In this document: one piece after another, positions 1-8,318 of the stretch
Layout: each line of letters opens with the position of its first letter
Numbering within the stretch: the first letter of the stretch is position 1
IMG/VR virus record: IMGVR_UViG_3300048574_000161
Coordinates: 1-42,810 of that record
Reading direction: 5' to 3' (one strand)
DNA: 42,810 nucleotides
Source: a virus
Taxonomy: Duplodnaviria > Caudoviricetes
The notes under the pieces: generated by a model
The model's database searches: none
What the model was told of the DNA's origin: nothing
Seen by the model: the letters and a program-made list of their open reading frames with translations, nothing else
Made by a program: the position numbers and the translations under genes

Positions 1-89
1 CGGCGGCTTGCTGCTGTACACGGTGACGGTGCGGCCATCGGTCAGTGTCTGGATTTCCGGCCAGCCGAACGCCGTAGGGGGTTGGAGTT

Positions 90-491
90 TCATTCGCCGT
101 CCTCCGCGTCCGCGTCTGCGTCTGCATCCGCGCCTGCTGCATCCGCGCCCGCGCCCGCGTCCAGGTTATGATCCGCGTTCGCGACCGGCGTGATCAGGAT
201 CGTCGCCTTGCCGTTGGGGGCCGTGGCTGCCGAGAGTGTGACCTTGCAGCCGTGCCAGCGGTCGGTGTCCTGCGAGCCTACAGCCGCGGCAATGGCGTAG
301 GCTTGGGTCTTGTTGCAGACCAGGCGCTTCGTGGCCTTGGCGAAACTGACGATCAGCTTCGCTTCCATTTTGTTGGTGCGCGGGTTGCGGAGGTCTTCCA
401 CTGTGGCCGTGTCAATCGTGACGGTGACAGCGCGTCCGCCCAGGTCTTCGGGATAAAGCCACTTGCGGGGGAAAATCTGCTGAATGTTCAT
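90..491 (-). CDS. Phage single-stranded DNA-binding-like protein
   Basis: Start re-called at ATG 491 (MNIQQIFPRKWL) with AAGGA RBS; beta-rich core (LVCNKTQA) and very acidic tail (DADADADAEDGE). Confidence 0.55.
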   Translation of the reverse strand: MNIQQIFPRKWLYPEDLGGRAVTVTIDTATVEDLRNPRTNKMEAKLIVSFAKATKRLVCNKTQAYAIAAAVGSQDTDRWHGCKVTLSAATAPNGKATILITPVANADHNLDAGAGADAAGADADADADAEDGE

Positions 492-550
492 GGTCGGTTC
501 CTTTCTTGGTGAGAGGGAAGGGGGCGGGCGATCCCGCCCCCGCTTGATTC

Positions 551-1552
551 CTAAAGCTGAGCGCCGCCGTCCATGTCGCGCTCGAACATGCGGCGGGTGG
601 CTTGGCGCTCGGCATAATCGCCCGCCGCTGCGCCCAGGCCGTAGTGCTCCTGGCTGTTGTCGCCGCGCTCCAAAATGTAGTGATACGCCAGCCCGTTCTG
701 TTTGACGGGCCGGACCGGCTGGATGAATCCGCAGGCGGCCAGCACGTTTGTCCAGGCGCCTTCGTTGAATTGCTGGCGCTCCGCGTGCTCCAGGTGCACC
801 CACGTGCCGCCGTCGTAACGGTAGCCGGACAGGGTGTAAATCCGCGGCGAGCCGTAGACCACATCGGCGCGCAGTGTCACCTTGTCCGGCGCGCTGCGGA
901 GAATCTTTTCCAGCAAGCCGCCGGGGAACCATTGCGCGGCGTCAACGGCCACGGGCTGCGCCCCCAGCCAGCGGGCAAAGTCGGCGGCGTCCTGGCTGCC
1001 TTCGGGCCGGTAGCTGTCCGTCTTGGGGATGTACAGCGCGCCGCAGATCGGGGCGTCGGTCAGGCGGTCGTTGACGCCATACAGCCGGTCGCGCATTTCG
1101 ACCAGGTATACGGCGCTTTCTGGGTCGCTCACCGCCGCGTCCAGCTTGGCGGCGATGATGCGCAGATACATCTGCACGGCGAAAATGTGCTTGCAGGCGG
1201 GGCGGACGGTGATCGTCTGGTCGCCGCAGTTGCCAATGGCGCTGGCCCGCAGCATGTGGTCATAGCAGCCGCAGGAGGTGGAAGTCACGGCGTAGTGTGT
1301 CGGCTCCGGTTCTTCGGGGTCTTGGCGGCGGGTGTTGCGCTGCGAGCGGACGGCCCAGCCGGTGACGGTGCTGTCGGCAAAGGGCTGAATGCCAAACTCG
1401 GCTGTCCAGTCCGAAAAGGTGTATTCCACCGCGCCGGCGGCGATCAGCTGCGCGGCGCGGGCAATGCGGGCGCTGTCGCCGGTGTAGGCCACGGTCATGG
1501 CCTCGGCAGCGTGGTCGATTTCGGCCTGGGTGGGCTGGTAAAGTGTGGTCAC
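551..1552 (-). CDS. SWIM zinc-finger protein
   Basis: YAVTSTSCGCYDH...PACKHIFAV fits CxC-Xn-CxH; AGGAG RBS before GTG start. Confidence 0.7.
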   Translation of the reverse strand: MTTLYQPTQAEIDHAAEAMTVAYTGDSARIARAAQLIAAGAVEYTFSDWTAEFGIQPFADSTVTGWAVRSQRNTRRQDPEEPEPTHYAVTSTSCGCYDHMLRASAIGNCGDQTITVRPACKHIFAVQMYLRIIAAKLDAAVSDPESAVYLVEMRDRLYGVNDRLTDAPICGALYIPKTDSYRPEGSQDAADFARWLGAQPVAVDAAQWFPGGLLEKILRSAPDKVTLRADVVYGSPRIYTLSGYRYDGGTWVHLEHAERQQFNEGAWTNVLAACGFIQPVRPVKQNGLAYHYILERGDNSQEHYGLGAAAGDYAERQATRRMFERDMDGGAQL

Positions 1553-1604
1553 GGGTGCTATCTCCTCGCCCGCTTGGGGCTGAATTGACGCTCAAACTTG
1601 CTCA

Positions 1605-1624
1605 CTTACAGATGTAATTATACA
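1605..1624. repeat. 20-bp motif CTTACAGATGTAATTATACA, copy 1 (putative operator plus -10)
   Basis: Identical to 6109..6128; contains inverted repeat TTACA-GA-TGTAA. Confidence 0.75.
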
Positions 1625-1645
1625 TCAAGTGAAATAATAATGCAA
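1617..1645 (-). promoter_or_regulatory. Leftward sigma70-type promoter
   Basis: Minus strand TTGCAT-17bp-TATAAT in an AT-rich gap. Confidence 0.75.
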
Positions 1646-1708
1646 GTGGGGAAACGGGGAGATTTCAAAACTCACAGATGGATTTATACATTTGGCGCAA
1701 TAAACCCA

Positions 1709-1738
1709 TTGACAAGCGGGCGGGGTCGGGTGTAGGCT
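1709..1738 (+). promoter_or_regulatory. Rightward promoter, likely leaderless transcript
   Basis: TTGACA-18bp-TAGGCT; predicted +1 falls at about the ATG at 1745. Confidence 0.6.
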
Positions 1739-1744
1739 AGGGAC

Positions 1745-2005
1745 ATGAACCTATACACGGCGGACGAAGTAGCAGAGAAGACCAAAAAAACTCGCCAGGC
1801 GGTGACACGCTGGGCGCAGCGCAACCCCGGCGTGGGCCAGAAAAAGGGGGGCGTCTGGCTGTTCACCGACGCCGATGTAAAGAAGATCGCCGGCCTGCGC
1901 CGTGGCCCCAAGCGCAAGCCGCGCAAGACCAAGACCACGCAGCCGGCCCAGCAGCCGGCCCAGCAGCCGGAAGGGGAACACGATGCAGCCAACACCAACG
2001 AATGA
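1745..2005 (+). CDS. Small HTH DNA-binding protein (MerR/HTH_17-like), candidate repressor
   Basis: LYTADEVAEKTKKTRQAVTRWA...GVWLFTDADV; basic tail; divergent position. Confidence 0.7.
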   Translation: MNLYTADEVAEKTKKTRQAVTRWAQRNPGVGQKKGGVWLFTDADVKKIAGLRRGPKRKPRKTKTTQPAQQPAQQPEGEHDAANTNE

Positions 2006-2252
2006 GCAGCCGACAATCGAGGCGCTGACTGCCGACCGCGACCTGTGGCGGGCGCGCTATTTGGCCGCCCACGAGGTGATCGCCGCAGTCGAGCAGCTTG
2101 TCGATATGGGCATTGCGCAGGCGATGGTCTCCAAGCATGATGAGATCGTCAAGGTGCGCGGCGCGCAGCTGCACGATGTGATCATGCAATTTGAGGCATG
2201 GCGTCAGCTTATCGAGGGTGATGTGCCGGCGCGATGGGTAGTGGCGCAATGA
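1983..2252 (+). CDS. Hypothetical protein
   Basis: ATG 1983 after GGGGA RBS; stop overlaps next start (ATGA). Confidence 0.6.
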   Translation: MQPTPTNEQPTIEALTADRDLWRARYLAAHEVIAAVEQLVDMGIAQAMVSKHDEIVKVRGAQLHDVIMQFEAWRQLIEGDVPARWVVAQ

Positions 2253-2779
2253 GGGTGATCTTGCCCGCCGGCCTCGCCGCGGCACTGATGCTATCTGCCT
2301 GTAGTGGCGTATCCCAGCCCACGCCCACGCCCACCCAGACGCCGGCTGCCCCCAGGACGCCCACGCCGCTGCCAGCGGTTGAAGTGGTGACGGAGGTTCC
2401 GGCGGCTGCCGACTTCGGAACTTCCGAAGTCACCCCGGCCAGCACTCCGACGCCCGGCGCGTTCGTGGCGACGGTGGCCGCCGCCGCAGTCGCCGCCGCC
2501 GCTGATGACGCCGTGGGCTTTGTCCTGGAACGAGGCGCCGAGAACGTGACGGCTGACCAGTTGACCGCGGCGCTGCTGGGCGTGTTGGGCCGGCTGCGCG
2601 CCTGGGTGGCCGGGACTGGCTCCGAGACGGCGCTGGCGGATTGCCGGGCCTTGCTGCCGGGGGTGATCGCCCGCACCGACAATCGGGGGCCGTTGGACGC
2701 GCTGCTGGCGGCGTGCGAGGGCGGGGAGCCGGGCGCGGTCGGCGCGGCGCTGGAAGCGTTCCGGGGGATCATGCCGTAA
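2249..2779 (+). CDS. Lipoprotein with Pro/Thr linker (possible superinfection exclusion)
   Basis: Signal peptide and lipobox LSA-C, then PTPTPT linker; function inferred from position only. Confidence 0.65.
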   Translation: MRVILPAGLAAALMLSACSGVSQPTPTPTQTPAAPRTPTPLPAVEVVTEVPAAADFGTSEVTPASTPTPGAFVATVAAAAVAAAADDAVGFVLERGAENVTADQLTAALLGVLGRLRAWVAGTGSETALADCRALLPGVIARTDNRGPLDALLAACEGGEPGAVGAALEAFRGIMP

Positions 2780-2809
2780 GCCTTCCCAATTACCCACGCC
2801 TTACCCCAC

Positions 2810-2840
2810 GCCCGCGGCATCCCCGCGGGCTTTGTATTTT
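2810..2840 (+). terminator. Intrinsic terminator
   Basis: GCCCGCGG-catcc-CCGCGGGC followed by TTTGTATTTT. Confidence 0.7.
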
Positions 2841-2863
2841 GTCAGCAACTTACAGAACTTTCG

Positions 2864-2872
2864 TGCTATAAT
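2864..2872 (+). promoter_or_regulatory. Extended -10 promoter
   Basis: TGCTATAAT (TGn-TATAAT) just after the terminator; no good -35 at 17 bp. Confidence 0.6.
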
Positions 2873-2881
2873 ACCCGTGCA

Positions 2882-2931
2882 ATTGAGAATCATTCTCATT
2901 GAATGGGCGACTAATGAGAATGATTCTCATT
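2882..2931. promoter_or_regulatory. Two Fur-box-like palindromes
   Basis: ATTGAGAAT-C-ATTCTCATT (2882..2900) and perfect AATGAGAAT-G-ATTCTCATT (2913..2931). Confidence 0.65.
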
Positions 2932-3029
2932 GCGCGTAGCCATAGCGACGGCTGCGCGGGGTAGGGCGGGCTTGCGCCCGCGTGCGTTCCGTGACAGTTT
3001 GAATCAAACTGCACCGAGGTTCTACCGCT

Positions 3030-3695
3030 ATGCCGACCGCCAAAGCCGGCTCCCCAGCCGCATCCGGCCCCACGAACCAGGTGATCCGCCTGGCTGACTT
3101 TCGGCCCCATCCGCGCAACTACAACCAGCACCCTGCCGAACAGATCGACAAGCTCGCCGCGTCCCTGGCCGCCTTCGGGCAGGTGCGCAGCGTGGTCGTG
3201 TGGCGCGGCTGGTTCCTGGCCGGCACGGGCCTGGCGCTGGCGGCGCAACGCTTAGGCTGGGCGGAACTGCGCGCCGACGTGCTGCCGGACGATTACCCAG
3301 AGACCAAGGCGCTGGCGTACCTGGCCGCGGACAATGAACTGGCGCGGCAGTCTGATCCCGACCTGGCGCAACTGGCGGCGATCCTGGAAGAAAGCGCGGC
3401 GGCGGATGGGGCGCTGCTGTTGGCGATTGGCTACAGCGATGCAGAGTATGACCGGATGCTGGGGGAATTGGCGGTGACGGCGTTGAGCGACGCGACGCCT
3501 GCGGAGGGGAGCGGGCAAAGCCGGGGGATGACCAACGATCCCACCAAGCAGATCAAGGCCGTGCTCTATGCGGACGATGTGGCCGACTTTGAGCGGGCGA
3601 TCCTCGCCACCGGCCAGCGCAACCGCGCGGCGGCGCTGCTGACTGTCTGCCGGTTCTATCTCGACAATCATGGCGAAAGCGAAACCGAAGGATAA
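3030..3695 (+). CDS. ParB/Srx N-terminal domain protein
   Basis: FRPHPRNYNQH...LAASLAAFGQVRSVVV...YLAADNELA; the usual GHxR reads GTGL here. Confidence 0.8.
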   Translation: MPTAKAGSPAASGPTNQVIRLADFRPHPRNYNQHPAEQIDKLAASLAAFGQVRSVVVWRGWFLAGTGLALAAQRLGWAELRADVLPDDYPETKALAYLAADNELARQSDPDLAQLAAILEESAAADGALLLAIGYSDAEYDRMLGELAVTALSDATPAEGSGQSRGMTNDPTKQIKAVLYADDVADFERAILATGQRNRAAALLTVCRFYLDNHGESETEG

Positions 3696-4290
3696 TTCCA
3701 CCCTCAACCTGAAGACCAGCCTGCGCCGCAACGTGCTGGCGGAACTCGGCGCGCCTGCCGTGGTCTGCGAGACACACGGCGGCTACGGGCACATCTGGGA
3801 GCGGTGCTACCGGGGCGCAGCCGGCGGTGTGGTCTTTGAGAAGGACGCGGTTAAAGCCGAGTTCCTAGCACGCCAGCGGCCTACATGGGCGGTGTACGAG
3901 TGTGATTCCACCTATGCGCTGGGGGCCGGCGTGGGCGGGCATCTGGTGATCAACTTTCTCGACATCGATCCCTACGGCGAGCCGTGGCCGGTGCTGGACG
4001 CGTTTCTGCTGGGGCATGGCGAGCGGCTGCCAGATGTGTGGGGCTTGGCGGTCAATGACGGCTTGCGCCAGAAAGTGCGGCTAGCGGGCGGCTGGGATGT
4101 GGCGAGCCTGGCGGATGTGGTCGGGCGCTGGGGTGCGGCGAATATGTACGCCAAGTATCTGGAGGTCTGCCGCTGGCTGGTGGAACAGAAAGCGGGCCGG
4201 CTCGGTTACAAGCTGGCCCGCTGGGTTGGGTATCATTGTGGGCACAAAAACGACATGACCCACTACGGCGCAATCCTGGTGAGGGTCTAG
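3670..4290 (+). CDS. SAM-dependent methyltransferase-like protein (Trm1/TcmP-like DPYG motif)
   Basis: Motif I-like VCETHGGYG, acidic VFEKD, YECDS, and NFLDIDPYGEPW. Confidence 0.6.
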   Translation: MAKAKPKDNSTLNLKTSLRRNVLAELGAPAVVCETHGGYGHIWERCYRGAAGGVVFEKDAVKAEFLARQRPTWAVYECDSTYALGAGVGGHLVINFLDIDPYGEPWPVLDAFLLGHGERLPDVWGLAVNDGLRQKVRLAGGWDVASLADVVGRWGAANMYAKYLEVCRWLVEQKAGRLGYKLARWVGYHCGHKNDMTHYGAILVRV

Positions 4291-5153
4291 CCGTGGTGCT
4301 GGGGGATGTAGCGCGGGTTGTGATAGCCAGCCGGCAGGTAGGGCTGCAAGTCCTGTTTGATGTAGTGGCGCACGCCCAGCCGCTGCACCAGGTCAAGGAC
4401 GCGCAGGGTGTAGTCCTCCCAATCCGTGGTGTTGGTCATGGGCAGGTAATTGGCCCGGCCCACTTTGAACAGGTCTACGAACTCGTGCGTGGCTTCGATG
4501 ATCGCAAGGCTCGACGCCGTGTCGAGCGTCGGCTCCAAGGAAACCCAGGTAAAAATGCCGGCGGCGTGGAACGCTTTCAGCGCGGCGATCCGGTCAGCCG
4601 GCAAGGCCGCGCCGCGCTCCCATTTGCGGCTGAAGGCGTCGTCCAGGCTGGTCAACGTGCTGGCGAACGCGTCGCGGTCCGCGCGGAACAGGTCAAGGTC
4701 GCGCAGGGCGCGGGTTCCGCCCTTGGTGAGCGTGCAGACGGCCAGGCCGTAGTGTTGCAACGTGTGGATCACGCTGCTGGTCAGGCCGTTGTCGCCGGGG
4801 TGGTAGGGGTCGGTTGTAAAACTGAGCATGACCTGTTCGCGGCTGCCGTTCGCCTGGTACTTGATGGCGTCCTTGGCGAGCAGGTTGAGGTAATCAGGGC
4901 GCGGCGTGGCGCCCGCGTCGAACTCCGGGCGCGGCATCCGCAAGACAGCCGGCACGTAGCAGTAGGCGCAGGCGTGACCGCAGCCGCGGTAGGGGTTGGC
5001 GGCCAGCGGCGCATACTCCCCGGCCTGGCCTTTCGGCGCATAGATGATGCTGCACCCCTTGATGCTGCGACCGTCTTCGTTCCAGGCGTAGCGCGGGGCC
5101 GGCGCGGGGGCCGGCTGGTCGAAGATGCTGATCTGGTGCTTGCTGGCGTTCAT
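4287..5153 (-). CDS. Radical SAM protein, spore photoproduct lyase-like (SPL/Rv2578c-type)
   Basis: NPYRGCGHACAYCY (CxxxCxxC), TTDPYHP, TLTKG, WVSLEP. Confidence 0.88.
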   Translation of the reverse strand: MNASKHQISIFDQPAPAPAPRYAWNEDGRSIKGCSIIYAPKGQAGEYAPLAANPYRGCGHACAYCYVPAVLRMPRPEFDAGATPRPDYLNLLAKDAIKYQANGSREQVMLSFTTDPYHPGDNGLTSSVIHTLQHYGLAVCTLTKGGTRALRDLDLFRADRDAFASTLTSLDDAFSRKWERGAALPADRIAALKAFHAAGIFTWVSLEPTLDTASSLAIIEATHEFVDLFKVGRANYLPMTNTTDWEDYTLRVLDLVQRLGVRHYIKQDLQPYLPAGYHNPRYIPQHHG

Positions 5154-5192
5154 GGTTCTGTGTCCTTTCGTCCTGAGCTTGATTATACCGGA

Positions 5193-6074
5193 TTAGAGCA
5201 AGGCAAGGGCGGTCTGCAATGCCTGGGCTGCGGCCTGGAACTCCTGGCGCTTGAAGGGCCGGCCCAGCCGTTCCCACTGCGCCGCGGCGTCTGTCCAGAA
5301 AGCGGCCTGGCTGCTGAGCTTGTCCTTGGCGCTGCGGCCTGCGACCGGCGGCGTGGTGGTGGAAGGGTGCGGCGGCTCCACGATGCTGGTGCGCGTGGCC
5401 GGCGCTTCCAGGTCGCCGCCGAAGATGGGCGGCGCGTCCAGCATGGTCTCTTGGGCTTGCTGGCTCAGGAGGTCGGAGCACAGGCGGCGGAACCAGGCCG
5501 GGGTTGGGTTCGTGTGGTCGCGCAGAGCGGCCAGCGCCATGATCTGCCGCGTGCTGTCCAGGCCGGCAGAGGCGAGCACCTGCGCATACCCCAGTTGCAG
5601 GTTGCCCGTCTTGACCAGGGCCTGCACGTCGGGGCGCAAGGCCAGCAGCTTGACGCGGAACTGGACGCGGATCTCGCTGACGCCGGCGGCCTCTGCGCAG
5701 CGTGCGACCGTCCAGCCGTAAGCCTTCATGCGGCTGGCGTAGGCATTGGCCTCGTCAATCGGGTCAATGTCCTGGCGGCTGACGTTCTCCGACAGCATGA
5801 CCGCGGCGGCTTCCTCGTCGGTCAGGTCGGCGACAATGGCCGGGACGGTCTGCCAGCCGAGCACGCCGTCCATTGCGCGGAAGCGGCGCTCACCCGCAAC
5901 AATCTGGTAAAGCTCCGTGCCTTCGATGCTGCGCACGGTGATCGGCTGGATCAGGCCGTTGGCCTGGATGCTGGCGGCAAGCTCGGCCAGGGCTTTGGGG
6001 TCGAACGTCGTGCGGTCGTTGTTGCCCGCTACGATCTGGCTGGTGGAAATGTGGGTGACGGTGTGGCTGGTCAT
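5193..6074 (-). CDS. ParB/RepB/Spo0J family protein
   Basis: LAELAASIQANGLIQPITVR, YQIVAGERRFRA, ENVSRQDIDPIDEA, then HTH. Confidence 0.9.
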   Translation of the reverse strand: MTSHTVTHISTSQIVAGNNDRTTFDPKALAELAASIQANGLIQPITVRSIEGTELYQIVAGERRFRAMDGVLGWQTVPAIVADLTDEEAAAVMLSENVSRQDIDPIDEANAYASRMKAYGWTVARCAEAAGVSEIRVQFRVKLLALRPDVQALVKTGNLQLGYAQVLASAGLDSTRQIMALAALRDHTNPTPAWFRRLCSDLLSQQAQETMLDAPPIFGGDLEAPATRTSIVEPPHPSTTTPPVAGRSAKDKLSSQAAFWTDAAAQWERLGRPFKRQEFQAAAQALQTALALL

Positions 6075-6108
6075 GGTTTCTGCTCCGGTTGACTGACTGA
6101 CTCACTCG

Positions 6109-6149
6109 CTTACAGATGTAATTATACACTATAGTGTATAAATAAACAA
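6109..6149 (-). promoter_or_regulatory. Leftward promoter with copy 2 of the 20-bp motif and a 20-bp perfect palindrome
   Basis: Minus strand TTGTTT-17bp-TATAAT; CTTACAGATGTAATTATACA at 6109..6128; TTATACACTATAGTGTATAA at 6122..6141. Confidence 0.7.
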
Positions 6150-6167
6150 GGGGCGCAAAGCACGAAT

Positions 6168-6818
6168 TTGCAAAACTCGCCAAACTCGCAGGTTGATCCA
6201 GACTGGCTGGCCGCCGCGGCTGACCAGTTGCGGCGCATCGAAGGGCAGCACGCCGCCAAGAAAAAGGCGACGGTTATCGCCCTCGTTGACGCGCGCCTGG
6301 CGGGCAAGCCGGAAGAAACGATTTGGGACAGGGCAAAGCACCCTGACGTGTGCAGCCGCACGATCTACCATAACAAGTGGAAGCGGGAGCCGGTCTTCGC
6401 TGAGGTGCTGGAAACCGTCACCCGCCTGGCGCGCGACTGGCGCGACGGCCGCGCCCTGCGCGCCTTGCGGCAGGCCGCCGAAAAGATGGCGCTAGCCTCG
6501 CCCCTGGCGGCTGACCAGTTGGTGAGCATTGCGACGGCGGGACAGGTGCGGCGGGCGCGGGTGGGGCCGGACAAAAAGCCGGTAATCTTCACCGAGCCGG
6601 CCCCCACCGCCGATGTGCTGCGCGCTGCCGTGGCGCTCCTTGACCGGGCCGGGATGCAGACGGCGGCGAAATCGGTGACGGCTGCGGCGGCGCTGGATGC
6701 TGACCAGTTCGCGGCGCTGCTCTCCCAGGCCAAAGCGGACGCCGCGGCCATAGACCAGGCTGCGGCGGACGCCTGGAACCCCGACGCCGGCCCGGAAGGG
6801 GAACCCGATGCAGATTAA
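6168..6818 (+). CDS. Terminase small subunit (putative)
   Basis: Directly upstream of and overlapping TerL; HTH-like CSRTIYHNKWKREPVF; start uncertain. Confidence 0.65.
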   Translation: MQNSPNSQVDPDWLAAAADQLRRIEGQHAAKKKATVIALVDARLAGKPEETIWDRAKHPDVCSRTIYHNKWKREPVFAEVLETVTRLARDWRDGRALRALRQAAEKMALASPLAADQLVSIATAGQVRRARVGPDKKPVIFTEPAPTADVLRAAVALLDRAGMQTAAKSVTAAAALDADQFAALLSQAKADAAAIDQAAADAWNPDAGPEGEPDAD

Positions 6819-8301
6819 CCCGCGCCACCACAACCCGCCCACCGACCCCCACGAGCAGGCCGCGGAGTGGGCGCTGTGCGCCGAATCCCCGATCTATTTC
6901 ATCACCGCTTACGCCTGGGTGTTCAACGCCACGGAAGAAGCGTGGATACCGTTTGACCTGTGGCCGGCGCAGGGGTGGGCCTTGCGCCAGTTGCGCTTGC
7001 AACGGCTGGTGGTCGCGCTCAAGGCGCGACAGTTGGGCATGACCTGGCTAGTGCTCGGTTACTGCCTGTGGCTGATGCTGTTCCGGCCCGCGGCCACAAT
7101 CGGCATTTTCAGCCGCACGGAGACGGACGCCGCCGACCTGCTGACCAGCCGGCTCAAGGGGATGTACGACCGGCTGCCCGCCTTCCTGCGCTGCCGGGCC
7201 GTGGTGACGGACAATGCGGCGCGCTGGGAGTTGAGCAACGGCTCCGTGGCCCTGGCGTTTGCGACCACGGGCGGGCGCGGCTACACGTTCTCGGCGGCCC
7301 TGGTGGACGAGGCCGATTTCCAGCCCGATCTGCCGGTGCTCATGGCCGCGGTCAAGCCGACGATTGACGCGGGCGGGGCGATGATCCTGCTGTCCACGTC
7401 CGACAAGAGCAAGCCGGGCAGCCTGTTTAAGAACATCTACCGCGCCGCCAAGCTGCGGCAAAATGAATGGTTCCCGATCTTCCTGCCCTGGCACGCGCGG
7501 CCGGGCCGCAGTCGGGCATGGTACGAGGCCCAGCGGCGGGACACGTTCGCCAACACGGGCAGCCTTGATGACTTGCACCAGGAATACCCAGGGACGGCCA
7601 CAGAAGCACTGGCCCCGCGCACGTTGGATAAGCGCATCCCCGCGGGCTGGATTGAAAAGTGCTATCAGGAGTTGCCGCCGCTTGACCTCCTGAGCCTGCC
7701 GGCGGCCCCCAGCGTGCCCGGCCTGGAGGTGTACAAGCTGCCCCAAGCTGGCCGGCGCTATGTGATAGGCTGCGACCCCGCGGAGGGCAACCCCACATCT
7801 GACGATTCGGCGCTGACCGTCCTTGACCGCGTGACCGGCGAAGAAGTGGCGGCGCTGGCCGGTAAGTTTCAGCCGCAGACGATTGCCGATCACGCGCTGG
7901 CGGTCGGCAGATGGTACAACGCCGCGGACGTGCTGGTGGAGCGCAACAACCACGGGCACGCCGTGATCCTGCGCCTGCTGTATCAGGAGCAATTGCGCGT
8001 GCTGGCAGGGTTGGACGAACGGGCCGGCTGGCTGTCGAACCAGTTGGGCAAGGTGCTGCTGTATGACGCGCTGGCGGACGCCTTCCGCCAAAAGACCACG
8101 ATCCTGCACTCGTTTGCCAGCTACACGCAGATCGCCAGTATCGAGGGCAACACGCTGAGGGCGCCGGAAGGGGCGCATGATGACCGCGCCGACTGCTACG
8201 CCCTGGCGAATGTGGCTAGGGCGCTGAGCGCGGCGGCGGATGGGGCGGCGGGCGCGGGGTTGGCGGTCGTTGACGAGGGATTGGAGATCAGCCCGTACTA
8301 G
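6808..8301 (+). CDS. terL: Terminase large subunit
   Basis: LKARQLGMTW (Walker A), LVDEADF (Walker B), LLSTS, IGCDPAEG, VERNNHG, HDDRAD nuclease motifs. Confidence 0.95.
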   Translation: MQINPRHHNPPTDPHEQAAEWALCAESPIYFITAYAWVFNATEEAWIPFDLWPAQGWALRQLRLQRLVVALKARQLGMTWLVLGYCLWLMLFRPAATIGIFSRTETDAADLLTSRLKGMYDRLPAFLRCRAVVTDNAARWELSNGSVALAFATTGGRGYTFSAALVDEADFQPDLPVLMAAVKPTIDAGGAMILLSTSDKSKPGSLFKNIYRAAKLRQNEWFPIFLPWHARPGRSRAWYEAQRRDTFANTGSLDDLHQEYPGTATEALAPRTLDKRIPAGWIEKCYQELPPLDLLSLPAAPSVPGLEVYKLPQAGRRYVIGCDPAEGNPTSDDSALTVLDRVTGEEVAALAGKFQPQTIADHALAVGRWYNAADVLVERNNHGHAVILRLLYQEQLRVLAGLDERAGWLSNQLGKVLLYDALADAFRQKTTILHSFASYTQIASIEGNTLRAPEGAHDDRADCYALANVARALSAAADGAAGAGLAVVDEGLEISPY

Positions 8302-8318
8302 GGGCAAGGGGGTAGGGG

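Noticed and set aside
521-540. Intergenic hairpin GGGGCGGG-cgat-CCCGCCCC (similar one near 32500..32521)
   Set aside because: No U-tract; probably ordinary mRNA stability or processing hairpins
4236-6092. 618-aa plus-strand ORF
   Set aside because: Antisense shadow of the radical SAM and ParB genes; no motifs; typical high-GC artefact
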